Shown piece by piece: positions 9,323-17,717 of a DNA stretch of 64,000 bases. Origin of the DNA: an uncultured Pelagibacteraceae bacterium (lineage in GTDB: Bacteria > Pseudomonadota > Alphaproteobacteria > Pelagibacterales > Pelagibacteraceae); NCBI GenBank assembly GCA_902580275.1, contig CACHJZ010000005.1, positions 36,065 to 100,064 on the forward strand, read 5' to 3'. The position numbers and the translations under genes were made by a program. The notes under the pieces were generated by a model, which was given only the letters and a program-made list of their open reading frames with translations, was not told the DNA's origin and ran no database searches. Numbering within the stretch: the first letter of the stretch is position 1; each line of letters opens with the position of its first letter.

Positions 9323-9338
9323 ATCAGATAAATCTGAT
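9323..9338. promoter_or_regulatory. Inverted repeat ATCAGAT-AA-ATCTGAT between ctaB and thrC
   Basis: Two 7-bp perfect arms, 12-27 nt upstream of the thrC ATG (minus strand) and about 30 nt downstream of the ctaB stop. It could be an operator or a weak hairpin. Confidence 0.2.
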
Positions 9339-9368
9339 TTTCCTATGATATTAAGTGTAGTTTTTTAA

Positions 9369-10280
9369 TTAGATTAATTTATCTATCAAAAATAAAACAA
9401 ATATTAAAAACAAATAAAATATTGAGTAAGAGAAAACTTTTTTTGCCTTTTTTACCTCAAATTTATTCTTTTTAAATTTAAGAAGATCATAACAAATGTA
9501 ATTATAATAAATTGTTAAAACTAATGATGCTATCAAGAATAATTTTCCACTAAAGCCAATATAATATGGTAAAATTATTACCGGGAGCATAAAAAGTGAA
9601 TATATAAAGATTTTCTTTTTAGTTTCCTCTACTCCATTAGTATTTGGAAGCATTGGGATTTTTGCCTTTTCGTAATCTTTAGCTTTATACAAACTTAATG
9701 CCCAAAAGTGCGACGGCGTCCAATAAAATATAATTAAAAATAATGTAATTGGTTCAAATGTTAGTGAATTTGTTGCAATTGTCCAACCTATTACAGGTGG
9801 TAAGGCGCCAGAAGCTCCACCAATTACAATATTTTGTGGAGTTTTTCTTTTTAACCAAACAGTGTAAACAAAAACGTAAAAAACTATCGTTAAAAGCAAT
9901 AAAGATGCAGATATTAAATTTGAAAAATAATACAAACCAAAAACAGAAATAAATGATAGTGCAACACCAAACAATAATGCATCCTTTTTTTCAATTTTAC
10001 CTGTTGGAATTGGTCTTAAACATGTTCTAGACATTAATTTATCGAGATCTGCCTCATACCACATGTTTAATGTACCCGCTGCGCCAGCTCCAACAGCAAC
10101 GAAAAAAATACTTATCATAGCGTCAAATAATTCTACCTTAACCGGTGATACCAATAATCCAACTGCGCAAGTGAATATAACCAAAGACATTACCCTTGGC
10201 TTCATTAATAAAATTAGAGATTTTAAATAAGATGAAAAGTTAATTGAAACAGATTTTTTTTTTAAAATATTTGTACTCAC
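9369..10280 (-). CDS. ctaB: Protoheme IX farnesyltransferase (heme O synthase)
   Basis: 303 aa, GTG start, UbiA-superfamily polytopic protein with LMKPRVMSLVIFT, NMWYEADLDKLMSRT and WTPSHFWALSL. Confidence 0.9.
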   Translation of the reverse strand: MSTNILKKKSVSINFSSYLKSLILLMKPRVMSLVIFTCAVGLLVSPVKVELFDAMISIFFVAVGAGAAGTLNMWYEADLDKLMSRTCLRPIPTGKIEKKDALLFGVALSFISVFGLYYFSNLISASLLLLTIVFYVFVYTVWLKRKTPQNIVIGGASGALPPVIGWTIATNSLTFEPITLFLIIFYWTPSHFWALSLYKAKDYEKAKIPMLPNTNGVEETKKKIFIYSLFMLPVIILPYYIGFSGKLFLIASLVLTIYYNYICYDLLKFKKNKFEVKKAKKVFSYSIFYLFLIFVLFLIDKLI

Positions 10281-10282
10281 TT

Positions 10283-10546
10283 TTAGTCGACATTAAGTGA
10301 TACAAAAATTACTATTAAAATAAGACCAATAATAAGGATGTGGTTTCCTAAATCAAAAATTCCAACTTTATTATTTTTTTTATCTATTATTTTTCTGTGC
10401 AATGGAAGCTGATCATACGGGTTAAGTTTAATATTTGGCCCCTCTTCTTTTTCGTTTTCGACTTTTACAGAATATCCAAACCATGTGATGTAGATAAAAA
10501 AACCAAAAAATATTAATAATCCCGCTAAGATTGTATAACCGTCCAT
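10283..10546 (-). CDS. Small membrane protein of unknown function embedded in the oxidase operon (87 aa, TM helix at each end)
   Basis: Its ATG directly follows the TAA of the upstream gene (TAAATG). A GGAGGAGG Shine-Dalgarno-like run lies 8 nt upstream, inside that upstream gene. The gene sits 2 nt upstream of ctaB. Confidence 0.5.
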   Translation of the reverse strand: MDGYTILAGLLIFFGFFIYITWFGYSVKVENEKEEGPNIKLNPYDQLPLHRKIIDKKNNKVGIFDLGNHILIIGLILIVIFVSLNVD

Positions 10547-10906
10547 TTACGCACCTCCTCCAACAAAGAAATAAAACATTCTTGAAAATAAAGTATATTC
10601 AAATTCTGCAGCCATTAAAAATACAAAACAGGCTATTGCGGTCATCGGCCATAACAATACGTTAACTAACGCATATCTTTCCCAAAATAGATGCATAAAG
10701 AATGCCATTATTAGTCCGGCTTTTGCAAACATAAAAAATAAAATCAAAGACCATCTCAACATTCCTTGAAACTGATACCAGTCAACCATATAAGAGAAAA
10801 AACTTAGTACAAAAAGTAGGCCCCATATCCATAAATAAATACCTATTTTATGCGTTGATTCTACTGGTTTCTTATCTTTTTCGTTTATTTGATTTGTATC
10901 ATCCAT
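10547..10906 (-). CDS. Cytochrome oxidase subunit IV-like protein (prokaryotic COX4 type)
   Basis: 119 aa with three TM helices and the motif AKAGLIMAFFMHL, resembling prokaryotic subunit IV (CyoD/CtaF family). It follows subunit III. Confidence 0.6.
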   Translation of the reverse strand: MDDTNQINEKDKKPVESTHKIGIYLWIWGLLFVLSFFSYMVDWYQFQGMLRWSLILFFMFAKAGLIMAFFMHLFWERYALVNVLLWPMTAIACFVFLMAAEFEYTLFSRMFYFFVGGGA

Positions 10907-10917
10907 ATAAAATTATT

Positions 10918-11631
10918 TTACCATAAGTAGAAAAATGCAAAAATAAAAACCCACACTAAATCAACAAAGTGCCAATATAAACCTAGAATTTCTATTTCAA
11001 CATAATCCCCTTTCATAGTTGTAAACCAACCTCTTTTACCACCATTCTCGTAATGACCTGCAAATACCTTGTATGCATATATAAACAAGAAAATTACACC
11101 AATTGATACGTGGGTGCCGTGAAAACCAGTTATCATAAAAAAGAAAGAACCAAACTGTGCAGCTCCAAATGGATTTTCCCAAGGTCTTACACCTTCATGA
11201 ATAAGTTTTGACCATTCATATGCTTGCATACCTACGAATGTCAGTCCACCAACAGCAGTTGCAAGAACAAGCCAGCCACACATTTTTCTGTTTTTCTCGT
11301 ATCCATACTTAACTGCTAGAGCCATTGTCCCACTACTTGTAATTAAAACGAACGTCATAAGTGCGATCAGTAATAAAGGAACTGGCACACCAAATGCCTC
11401 TAATGCAAATACTTCACTTGGATTTGGCCATTCGACTGGAGTTGAACCTCTTCCTTTCATATATGCAATTAAAAAACAACTAAATACAAATGTATCGCTC
11501 AGAAGGAATATCCACATCATTGCTTTACCCCAATGAACACCTTTGAACATTGTCTGGTCTGATCCAGTATCAGATGCCATACCTCTAAAACCTGGTTTTA
11601 ATTCAAAGCCATCTATTTTAGGATCTGACAT
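10918..11631 (-). CDS. coxC: Heme-copper oxidase subunit III
   Basis: 237 aa with FFFMITGFHGTHVSIGVIFL and LYWHFVDLVWVFIF motifs. Confidence 0.85.
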   Translation of the reverse strand: MSDPKIDGFELKPGFRGMASDTGSDQTMFKGVHWGKAMMWIFLLSDTFVFSCFLIAYMKGRGSTPVEWPNPSEVFALEAFGVPVPLLLIALMTFVLITSSGTMALAVKYGYEKNRKMCGWLVLATAVGGLTFVGMQAYEWSKLIHEGVRPWENPFGAAQFGSFFFMITGFHGTHVSIGVIFLFIYAYKVFAGHYENGGKRGWFTTMKGDYVEIEILGLYWHFVDLVWVFIFAFFYLW

Positions 11632-11646
11632 GTTATAAATCTTTGA

Positions 11647-13482
11647 TTATGTTTTCTCCACTTTAGTATGAACCACTTCACTTGGAGGAGTGGTTTGAGG
11701 TATAAAATCATCTTTAGCCCCAGGCACACTGAAATCATACGGCCATCTGTGAACCACAGGCAATCTTTCACCAAAATTTCCATGTTCAGGTGGTTGTGTT
11801 GAAGTATGCCACTCTAAAGAATTTGCTTTCCATGGATTTTTAGGAGCTGGTTTTCCAGTCTTTAAAGTTTTAATTATATTGAAGATCAAAATAAATTGTG
11901 CTGCACCTACTAAGAAAGCAGCTAAACTAATAAATTCATTCATTCCTACAGCTGAAGTCATATACGGACTGTCATACATTTCATAATACCTTCTTGGAAC
12001 CCCTATAAATCCTAGATAATGCATTGGGAAGTATATCGAATAAGCGCCTAAGAATGTTGCCCAAAAGTGCCATTTACCTAAAGTCTCATTTAATAATCTT
12101 CCAGTTATTAATGGAAACCAATGATATACCGCTCCCATGATAACCATAACCGGGGCTATACCCATTACCATATGGAAATGAGCTACAACGAAATAAGTGT
12201 CTGATAATGGAACATCAACGGAAACATTTCCTAAAAATATACCAGTTATACCTCCATTAACAAATGTTACTATAAATCCTAAACACCAAAGCATTACTGT
12301 ATTAATTCTTATGTTTCCTCTCCACAATGTCAAAATCCAGTTATAAACTTTCATAGCGGTCGGTACTGCTATTATAAGTGTTGTGGTAGCAAAAAAGAAA
12401 CCAAACCATGGGTTCATCCCGCTTACATACATATGATGCGCCCAAACGAAAAAGCTTAAAGCGCCAATTCCAACAATTGCCCAAACCATCATTCTATATC
12501 CAAAAATATTTTTTCTTGCATGGACTGAAATTAAATCTGAAACAATACCAAAAGCAGGCAATGCCACAATATAAACTTCTGGGTGACCAAAAAACCAAAA
12601 TAAATGTTGGAATAAAATTGGACTTCCTCCACCATATTCCAAAACTTCACCAGCTTTTAAAATTGTAGGCATAAAGAAACTTGTTCCAATAACTTTATCC
12701 AGTGTCATCATTATTGCACTTACTAGTAAAGCTGGGAATGCTAACATAGCTAAAACAGTTGCTGTAAAAATTCCCCATACAGTTAGAGGCATTCTCATTA
12801 AAGTCATACCTCTTGTTCTAGCTTGTAAGACAGTGATCATGTAATTTAGTCCACCCATAGTGAAACCAATTACAAAAAGAGCCAAAGAGATCAACATTAG
12901 CAGAATACCCATTCCTGAACCTGGTGTACCCTCTAAAATAGTTTGTGGAGGATATAGTGTCCAGCCTGCTCCAGTTGGACCTCCTGGTACAAAGAAACTT
13001 GCCATTAAAATTGCTACTGCAACAAAGAACATCCAAAAACTTAACATGTTAACATATGGAAAAACCATATCTCTTGCACCAACCATCAACGGTATTAAAT
13101 AATTTCCAAAGCCTCCTAAAAACAAGGCAGTTAAAAAATAGACTACCATTATCATTCCATGCATTGTTACAAACTGATAATAGTGTTCGGCAGTTATAAA
13201 TCCTGCTAGCCCTGGAAAACCTAATTGTAATCTCATTAACCAAGATAAAATTAAACCCACAATTCCAGTAAAAACAGCAGTTAAAAAATATTGTACTCCA
13301 ATTACTTTTGCATCCTGACAAAAAACCCATTTAGTTAAAAAAGTATGACCGTGGTATAAATCTTGTTCTGGTAACTCAGCCGGTCTTACATAGTCCATAT
13401 CTGGAGTTGAACCCGCAGAACCTGTAAGTGCTTCTGATGATTGTGCTTGATAACCAGATTTATTTTCGTATTCGTCAGACAT
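11647..13482 (-). CDS. coxA: Cytochrome c oxidase subunit I
   Basis: 611 aa with FGHPEVYIVALPAFG (His-Tyr crosslink site), WAHHMY (CuB His pair) and VAHFHMVMG (heme ligands). Confidence 0.95.
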   Translation of the reverse strand: MSDEYENKSGYQAQSSEALTGSAGSTPDMDYVRPAELPEQDLYHGHTFLTKWVFCQDAKVIGVQYFLTAVFTGIVGLILSWLMRLQLGFPGLAGFITAEHYYQFVTMHGMIMVVYFLTALFLGGFGNYLIPLMVGARDMVFPYVNMLSFWMFFVAVAILMASFFVPGGPTGAGWTLYPPQTILEGTPGSGMGILLMLISLALFVIGFTMGGLNYMITVLQARTRGMTLMRMPLTVWGIFTATVLAMLAFPALLVSAIMMTLDKVIGTSFFMPTILKAGEVLEYGGGSPILFQHLFWFFGHPEVYIVALPAFGIVSDLISVHARKNIFGYRMMVWAIVGIGALSFFVWAHHMYVSGMNPWFGFFFATTTLIIAVPTAMKVYNWILTLWRGNIRINTVMLWCLGFIVTFVNGGITGIFLGNVSVDVPLSDTYFVVAHFHMVMGIAPVMVIMGAVYHWFPLITGRLLNETLGKWHFWATFLGAYSIYFPMHYLGFIGVPRRYYEMYDSPYMTSAVGMNEFISLAAFLVGAAQFILIFNIIKTLKTGKPAPKNPWKANSLEWHTSTQPPEHGNFGERLPVVHRWPYDFSVPGAKDDFIPQTTPPSEVVHTKVEKT

Positions 13483-13484
13483 AA

Positions 13485-14357
13485 TTATTTTTCCTCTTTA
13501 TATATAACTTTTTCAATATTTGAATTATTTTTTGCGACCTTTTTTGTCTCAATTTCCTTGTTTTGCTTAGCTAAAAGGTCTGAGAAGGTTTCTTGTTCTC
13601 CCAACCATTCTTGGTAACTATTTGGATCTTGCACCTCTACCCCACCTCTCATTGCATAATGACCGACGCCGCAATATTCAGCACATAAAACTTCATATTC
13701 ACCCACTTTGTTAGGCTCAAACCAATAATATGTTACAACTCCAGGCACAGCATCCATCTTTGCTCTAAATTGAGGCACGTACCAATTATGAAGCACATCT
13801 ACAGATCTTAATAAAATTTTTACTGGTCTATTATTTTCTAAATTAATTATATCACTTTGCACCATTACATCGTCTCTCCCGAAAGGATCGTCTAGGTTGA
13901 TACCAAATGGGTTATCGTCATTTATATTTACAACTTTTGTAGTGCCGAGTTTTCCATCATTGCCAGGCAGTCTATATTGCCAGCCCCATTGCCATGCCAT
14001 GACATCTATCTCAATTGAGTTTTTTGGAACGTTTACATATTGGTTCCAAATTATTAATCCTGGAGCTAGTAGAGCTGCAACTCCAAGTGTAGTGGCTACT
14101 GTTAAAATTTTTTCTAATTTTTTATCTTCAGGTTTATACTCTGCTTTTCTATCTTCTTTATAAGAATACTTAAAAACGCAATAAATCATGAAAAGACAAA
14201 CAGCTACAAATACTCCTCCACCTACCCAAAAGGTGAGAGTTATAGTATCGTCCATTCCTTTCCAGTTTGATGCAATATCAGTCCAATACCAAGGTGTAAA
14301 AATATGGAAAAGTATTGAACCTAAAATGACTAAAAAAAATATTATACCTGCATGCAT
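13485..14357 (-). CDS. coxB: Cytochrome c oxidase subunit II (intact CuA centre)
   Basis: 290 aa. The CuA ligands are present: DVLHNWYVP and CAEYCGVGHYAM. I saw no CXXCH motif, so there is no fused cytochrome c domain. Confidence 0.92.
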   Translation of the reverse strand: MHAGIIFFLVILGSILFHIFTPWYWTDIASNWKGMDDTITLTFWVGGGVFVAVCLFMIYCVFKYSYKEDRKAEYKPEDKKLEKILTVATTLGVAALLAPGLIIWNQYVNVPKNSIEIDVMAWQWGWQYRLPGNDGKLGTTKVVNINDDNPFGINLDDPFGRDDVMVQSDIINLENNRPVKILLRSVDVLHNWYVPQFRAKMDAVPGVVTYYWFEPNKVGEYEVLCAEYCGVGHYAMRGGVEVQDPNSYQEWLGEQETFSDLLAKQNKEIETKKVAKNNSNIEKVIYKEEK

Positions 14358-14392
14358 GGCTATTTATATAGATTATTAATAGTATAAATACC

Positions 14393-14409
14393 TATGACAA
14401 AATGTCATA
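14393..14409. promoter_or_regulatory. Inverted repeat TATGACA-AAA-TGTCATA in the divergent coxB promoter region
   Basis: Two perfect 7-bp arms with a 3-nt spacer, 36-52 nt upstream of the coxB ATG (14357, minus strand) and 37-53 nt upstream of the plus-strand 64-aa ORF. Confidence 0.3.
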
Positions 14410-14445
14410 AAATTAAAGAAAATAAACTTATATATACAGTAAATT

Positions 14446-14640
14446 ATGCTCGGTAAATTTGGAATTCTTGTAGTCTTACTCATTTTGGTCTTATTATTTT
14501 ATGTTGTCATATCCTTCGGGGCTGGGGCGTTCTCAAAAGGAGAAACAAAACCAGAAACAAAGAAATATTTAAAGTCAGTAAAAATATTGTTAGCTGTTAT
14601 CGCTGTTGTAGGGTCAATACTTGTGCTTTTTCTTAATTAA
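14446..14640 (+). CDS. Small membrane protein (64 aa, two TM helices), unknown function
   Basis: MLGKFGILVVLLILVLLFYVVISFG...LLAVIAVVGSILVLFLN. It is divergent from coxB, and its stop overlaps the 3' end of the subunit-III-like gene by 4 nt. There is no obvious Shine-Dalgarno sequence. Confidence 0.4.
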   Translation: MLGKFGILVVLLILVLLFYVVISFGAGAFSKGETKPETKKYLKSVKILLAVIAVVGSILVLFLN

Positions 14641-15317
14641 GAAATAAGTGTTTTGCACCAAGCAATAAATGAGTCATTAAAAATATAAATCATTAAAAAG
14701 AAAGCTAACCAAACTACTAATAAAAACATCCAGTACATTGATAACGCAGAGATATTATTTTCCTCATCTAAAATTTTATTCTGTTCCATTTTTAAAATTC
14801 TACCAGCTACTCTACCCCAAAAAAATAATCCTCCAAGCAAGTGCATTCCATGAAGTGCAGTGAAAATATAAAATGATGAGAAATATGAATTAGTTGAAAC
14901 ATAGTTTCCACTTTGCATTAATTGCACCCAAAAATACAATTGCCCAAATAAAAACAAATAACTTAGGCCACCAACTAAGACTATGTTTCTTTTAATTCTG
15001 ATAGTTTCTTTTTGCTTTAAGTCGCTAGTTATTTTTGAAAAAAAGTAAGCAATAACAAAAAGTACAAAAGTATTAATCCAAAGAAAGTTTGGTTTTAAAA
15101 GATATCTAGTGTCTTGTTCAGGTGGGATAGAATAAATGTACCCTGTAAATATTAAGCTAAACAAAACAGTTGCAATACCAAAGATAATTATTACAGCAGA
15201 AGTCTGAACTGAAAGGTCGAAAGTCTTACCTATATGAGCATCATCTATTTTTGCTCTATCACTCTCCCAAGGTTTTTCAGTTAGTGTGCCGAAAAGTTTC
15301 TTTATAAAATTGCTCAT
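14637..15317 (-). CDS. Heme-copper oxidase subunit III family paralog
   Basis: 226 aa, polytopic, with FTALHGMHLLGGLFFW and MYWMFLLVVWLAFF motifs that parallel those of subunit III. It is divergent from the coxC copy. Confidence 0.6.
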   Translation of the reverse strand: MSNFIKKLFGTLTEKPWESDRAKIDDAHIGKTFDLSVQTSAVIIIFGIATVLFSLIFTGYIYSIPPEQDTRYLLKPNFLWINTFVLFVIAYFFSKITSDLKQKETIRIKRNIVLVGGLSYLFLFGQLYFWVQLMQSGNYVSTNSYFSSFYIFTALHGMHLLGGLFFWGRVAGRILKMEQNKILDEENNISALSMYWMFLLVVWLAFFLMIYIFNDSFIAWCKTLIS

Positions 15318-15353
15318 GGATCCTATATAATAAATAAAAATTATTTATCAACA

Positions 15354-15944
15354 ATGAAAATAAAAACATCAATTGCAATTATAAGTGGATGTCTGGTTAT
15401 TTTTCTGTTTTTAATGCTACCAGTTTTTTTATCTATTCAAAATCAGAAGGAAGATCTTGTCGCATCATTTAAAGGGTCAACTTTTTCACTTAAAGATGTA
15501 AATAATAATACAATAACTGAAAAATCTTTTGAAGGACCTTTAACAGCAATTTTTTTTGGTTTTACAAACTGCCCTGACATATGTCCAATGACGTTAAGCA
15601 ATATAGATTTAGTTATTAAAAATTTAAATGAACAGAAAAAGAAAAAATTTAAGGTTTTCTTTGTAAGCATAGATCCTGAGAGAGATAGCCCGAGTGTAAT
15701 AAAAAATTATCTAGACACATTTGAAAACCAAATGTTTGGAATAACTGGTGATCCAAAAAAAGTTTTTCTATTATCTCAATCCTGGGGTGTCTTATCAGAA
15801 AAAATATTTAATGAAGATGGAAATTATTTAATTAATCATAGTTCGTCGGTATTACTTTTAAAAGATGGAAAGTATTTAGACAGAATTAATCATCATGCTA
15901 AATACAAGGATATGTTCAAGGTGATAGATAAATATTTAAGATAA
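15354..15944 (+). CDS. SCO1/SenC copper chaperone (thioredoxin fold)
   Basis: 196 aa with an N-terminal TM anchor and the copper-binding FGFTNCPDICP motif plus a downstream His (INHSS). Confidence 0.85.
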   Translation: MKIKTSIAIISGCLVIFLFLMLPVFLSIQNQKEDLVASFKGSTFSLKDVNNNTITEKSFEGPLTAIFFGFTNCPDICPMTLSNIDLVIKNLNEQKKKKFKVFFVSIDPERDSPSVIKNYLDTFENQMFGITGDPKKVFLLSQSWGVLSEKIFNEDGNYLINHSSSVLLLKDGKYLDRINHHAKYKDMFKVIDKYLR

Positions 15945-16637
15945 TAAAGTATAACTGATTATAGAAATCATCGATATTGCAGCAGTTTCAGATCTTAAAA
16001 TATTTTTATTAATATTTATAGGAATTATATTTTTCATTTTAGAAATTATTTCTCTTTCTTTAATGGAGAAATCACCCTCTGGACCAATCAGAATACATAA
16101 CGGCTCATCTCTTTTAATATCAATTTTTTTATTTTTCGAATTAAGATCACCAAAATGAATTGTTATATCAATATTTTCTTTTAAAAATTCTTCAAGATTT
16201 TTTAATTTATCTAAAGTTGGTAAACTTAATCTATTACTTTGTTCTGATGCTTCAACAATAATTTTTTTTATTCTTTTTTCATTTATCTTTCTTACGACAG
16301 TACGATCGGTAAGCAGAGGGATAAATCTGGTTACTCCAAGCTCGGTGGCTTTTTGAATCATTAAGTTGAGATAATTTAGTTTAATAGGGGTGAAGGCAAG
16401 CCATATTTCTGTTGGATTATCTACTGACCTTAATTTTTTTTCTACTGAAAACTCTACAATTCCTCTTATTATATTTTCTACTTTTGCCTCAAATTCTCCA
16501 GATTGATTAAACAAACTAAAATTTTGCCCTTCTTTAATTCTCATCACCTTATGAATATAGTGTGATTGAGTTTTATCTAATTTAGATTTTAAATTTATAT
16601 ATAAACTTTCATTAAAAAATAATCTAATATTACTCAT
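15936..16637 (-). CDS. rsmE: 16S rRNA (uracil1498-N3)-methyltransferase
   Basis: 233 aa with HYIHKVMRIKEGQNF (PUA-like N-terminus) and C-terminal LIGPEGDFS...LRSETAAI, the SPOUT knot motifs. Confidence 0.85.
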   Translation of the reverse strand: MSNIRLFFNESLYINLKSKLDKTQSHYIHKVMRIKEGQNFSLFNQSGEFEAKVENIIRGIVEFSVEKKLRSVDNPTEIWLAFTPIKLNYLNLMIQKATELGVTRFIPLLTDRTVVRKINEKRIKKIIVEASEQSNRLSLPTLDKLKNLEEFLKENIDITIHFGDLNSKNKKIDIKRDEPLCILIGPEGDFSIKEREIISKMKNIIPININKNILRSETAAISMISIISYTLLS

Positions 16638-16653
16638 TTAAATAAGTTAATTT

Positions 16654-17316
16654 ATGAAAAATCTTAAAGCAATAATTTTCGATGCTTATGGAACTTTATT
16701 TGATGTAAATTCAGCAGCTGAGAAATGCAAAAGTAAAATTGGTGATAAGTGGGAAAATTTTGCAAATTATTGGAGAACAACCCAGTTAGAATATACATGG
16801 CTTAGAAGTATGATGAGTAGACATAAAAATTTCTGGCAAATAACTGAGGACAGCTTAGACAAATCTATGAAAAAATTTAAAATACAAAATAATATGAGAA
16901 GTGAGCTTTTAGACCTGTACAAAATTTTATCTCCATACCCAGAGGTTAAAGAAACCTTAAAACAACTTAAAAATAAAAACTATAAAATTGCTATTCTATC
17001 AAATGGAACACCTTCACTACTAAATGAGTTAGTTGAAAAAAATGACATGAAAAACTTATTTGATGATATTTTTTCTATAGAGGAGGTTGGAATATTTAAA
17101 CCAAGTTCAAAAGTATACGAAATCCCTGTTATAAAATATAAAATAGATAAAGGAGAGATTGCTTTTTTAAGTTCAAATACATGGGATATTTCTGGAGGTG
17201 GAAATTTTGGATACAATTGTTTCTGGGTCAATAGAAATAAAGATGTATTTGATAATTTAGATTATTCGCCCAAGTATGAATTAAAAAATTTAAATGAATT
17301 ACTTGATATTATTTAA
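16654..17316 (+). CDS. HAD-superfamily hydrolase, type II haloacid dehalogenase-like
   Basis: 220 aa with IIFDAYGTLFDV (nucleophile Asp motif), ILSNGT and SSNTWDISGG. Confidence 0.75.
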   Translation: MKNLKAIIFDAYGTLFDVNSAAEKCKSKIGDKWENFANYWRTTQLEYTWLRSMMSRHKNFWQITEDSLDKSMKKFKIQNNMRSELLDLYKILSPYPEVKETLKQLKNKNYKIAILSNGTPSLLNELVEKNDMKNLFDDIFSIEEVGIFKPSSKVYEIPVIKYKIDKGEIAFLSSNTWDISGGGNFGYNCFWVNRNKDVFDNLDYSPKYELKNLNELLDII

Positions 17317-17340
17317 TTAAGTATTATTTCATAAATAATT

Positions 17341-17715
17341 ATGACAAATATTTTAGATCTTTTTGCAAGAGTATTAATTTCAACATTATTTTTAATAAAT
17401 GGAATTTTTAAAATAACTAATTATGATGGCACTGTAGACTGGATGGAAGGGTATGGTGTGCCTGGAATTCTTATAATCCCAGCAATAATGATAGAAATAT
17501 TAGGTCCAATTTTAATAATAGTAGGTTATCAAACAAAAATTACTGCGGCATTTTTAAGTTTATTTTGTCTGCTAACAGCAATTATATTCCACAATGAATT
17601 TAGCAACCAAATGCAACTAACCTCTTTTTTAAAGAACATTGCATTAGCAGGTGGATTTTTGTTTCTTGTTATTAATGGTTCAAAAAAATTCAGTTTAGAC
17701 AATAAACGTAAGTAA
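17341..17715 (+). CDS. DoxX-family membrane protein
   Basis: 124 aa with four TM helices and the pattern FARVLISTLFLINGIFK...IEILGPILIIVGYQTKITA, typical of DoxX. Confidence 0.7.
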   Translation: MTNILDLFARVLISTLFLINGIFKITNYDGTVDWMEGYGVPGILIIPAIMIEILGPILIIVGYQTKITAAFLSLFCLLTAIIFHNEFSNQMQLTSFLKNIALAGGFLFLVINGSKKFSLDNKRK

Positions 17716-17717
17716 TT

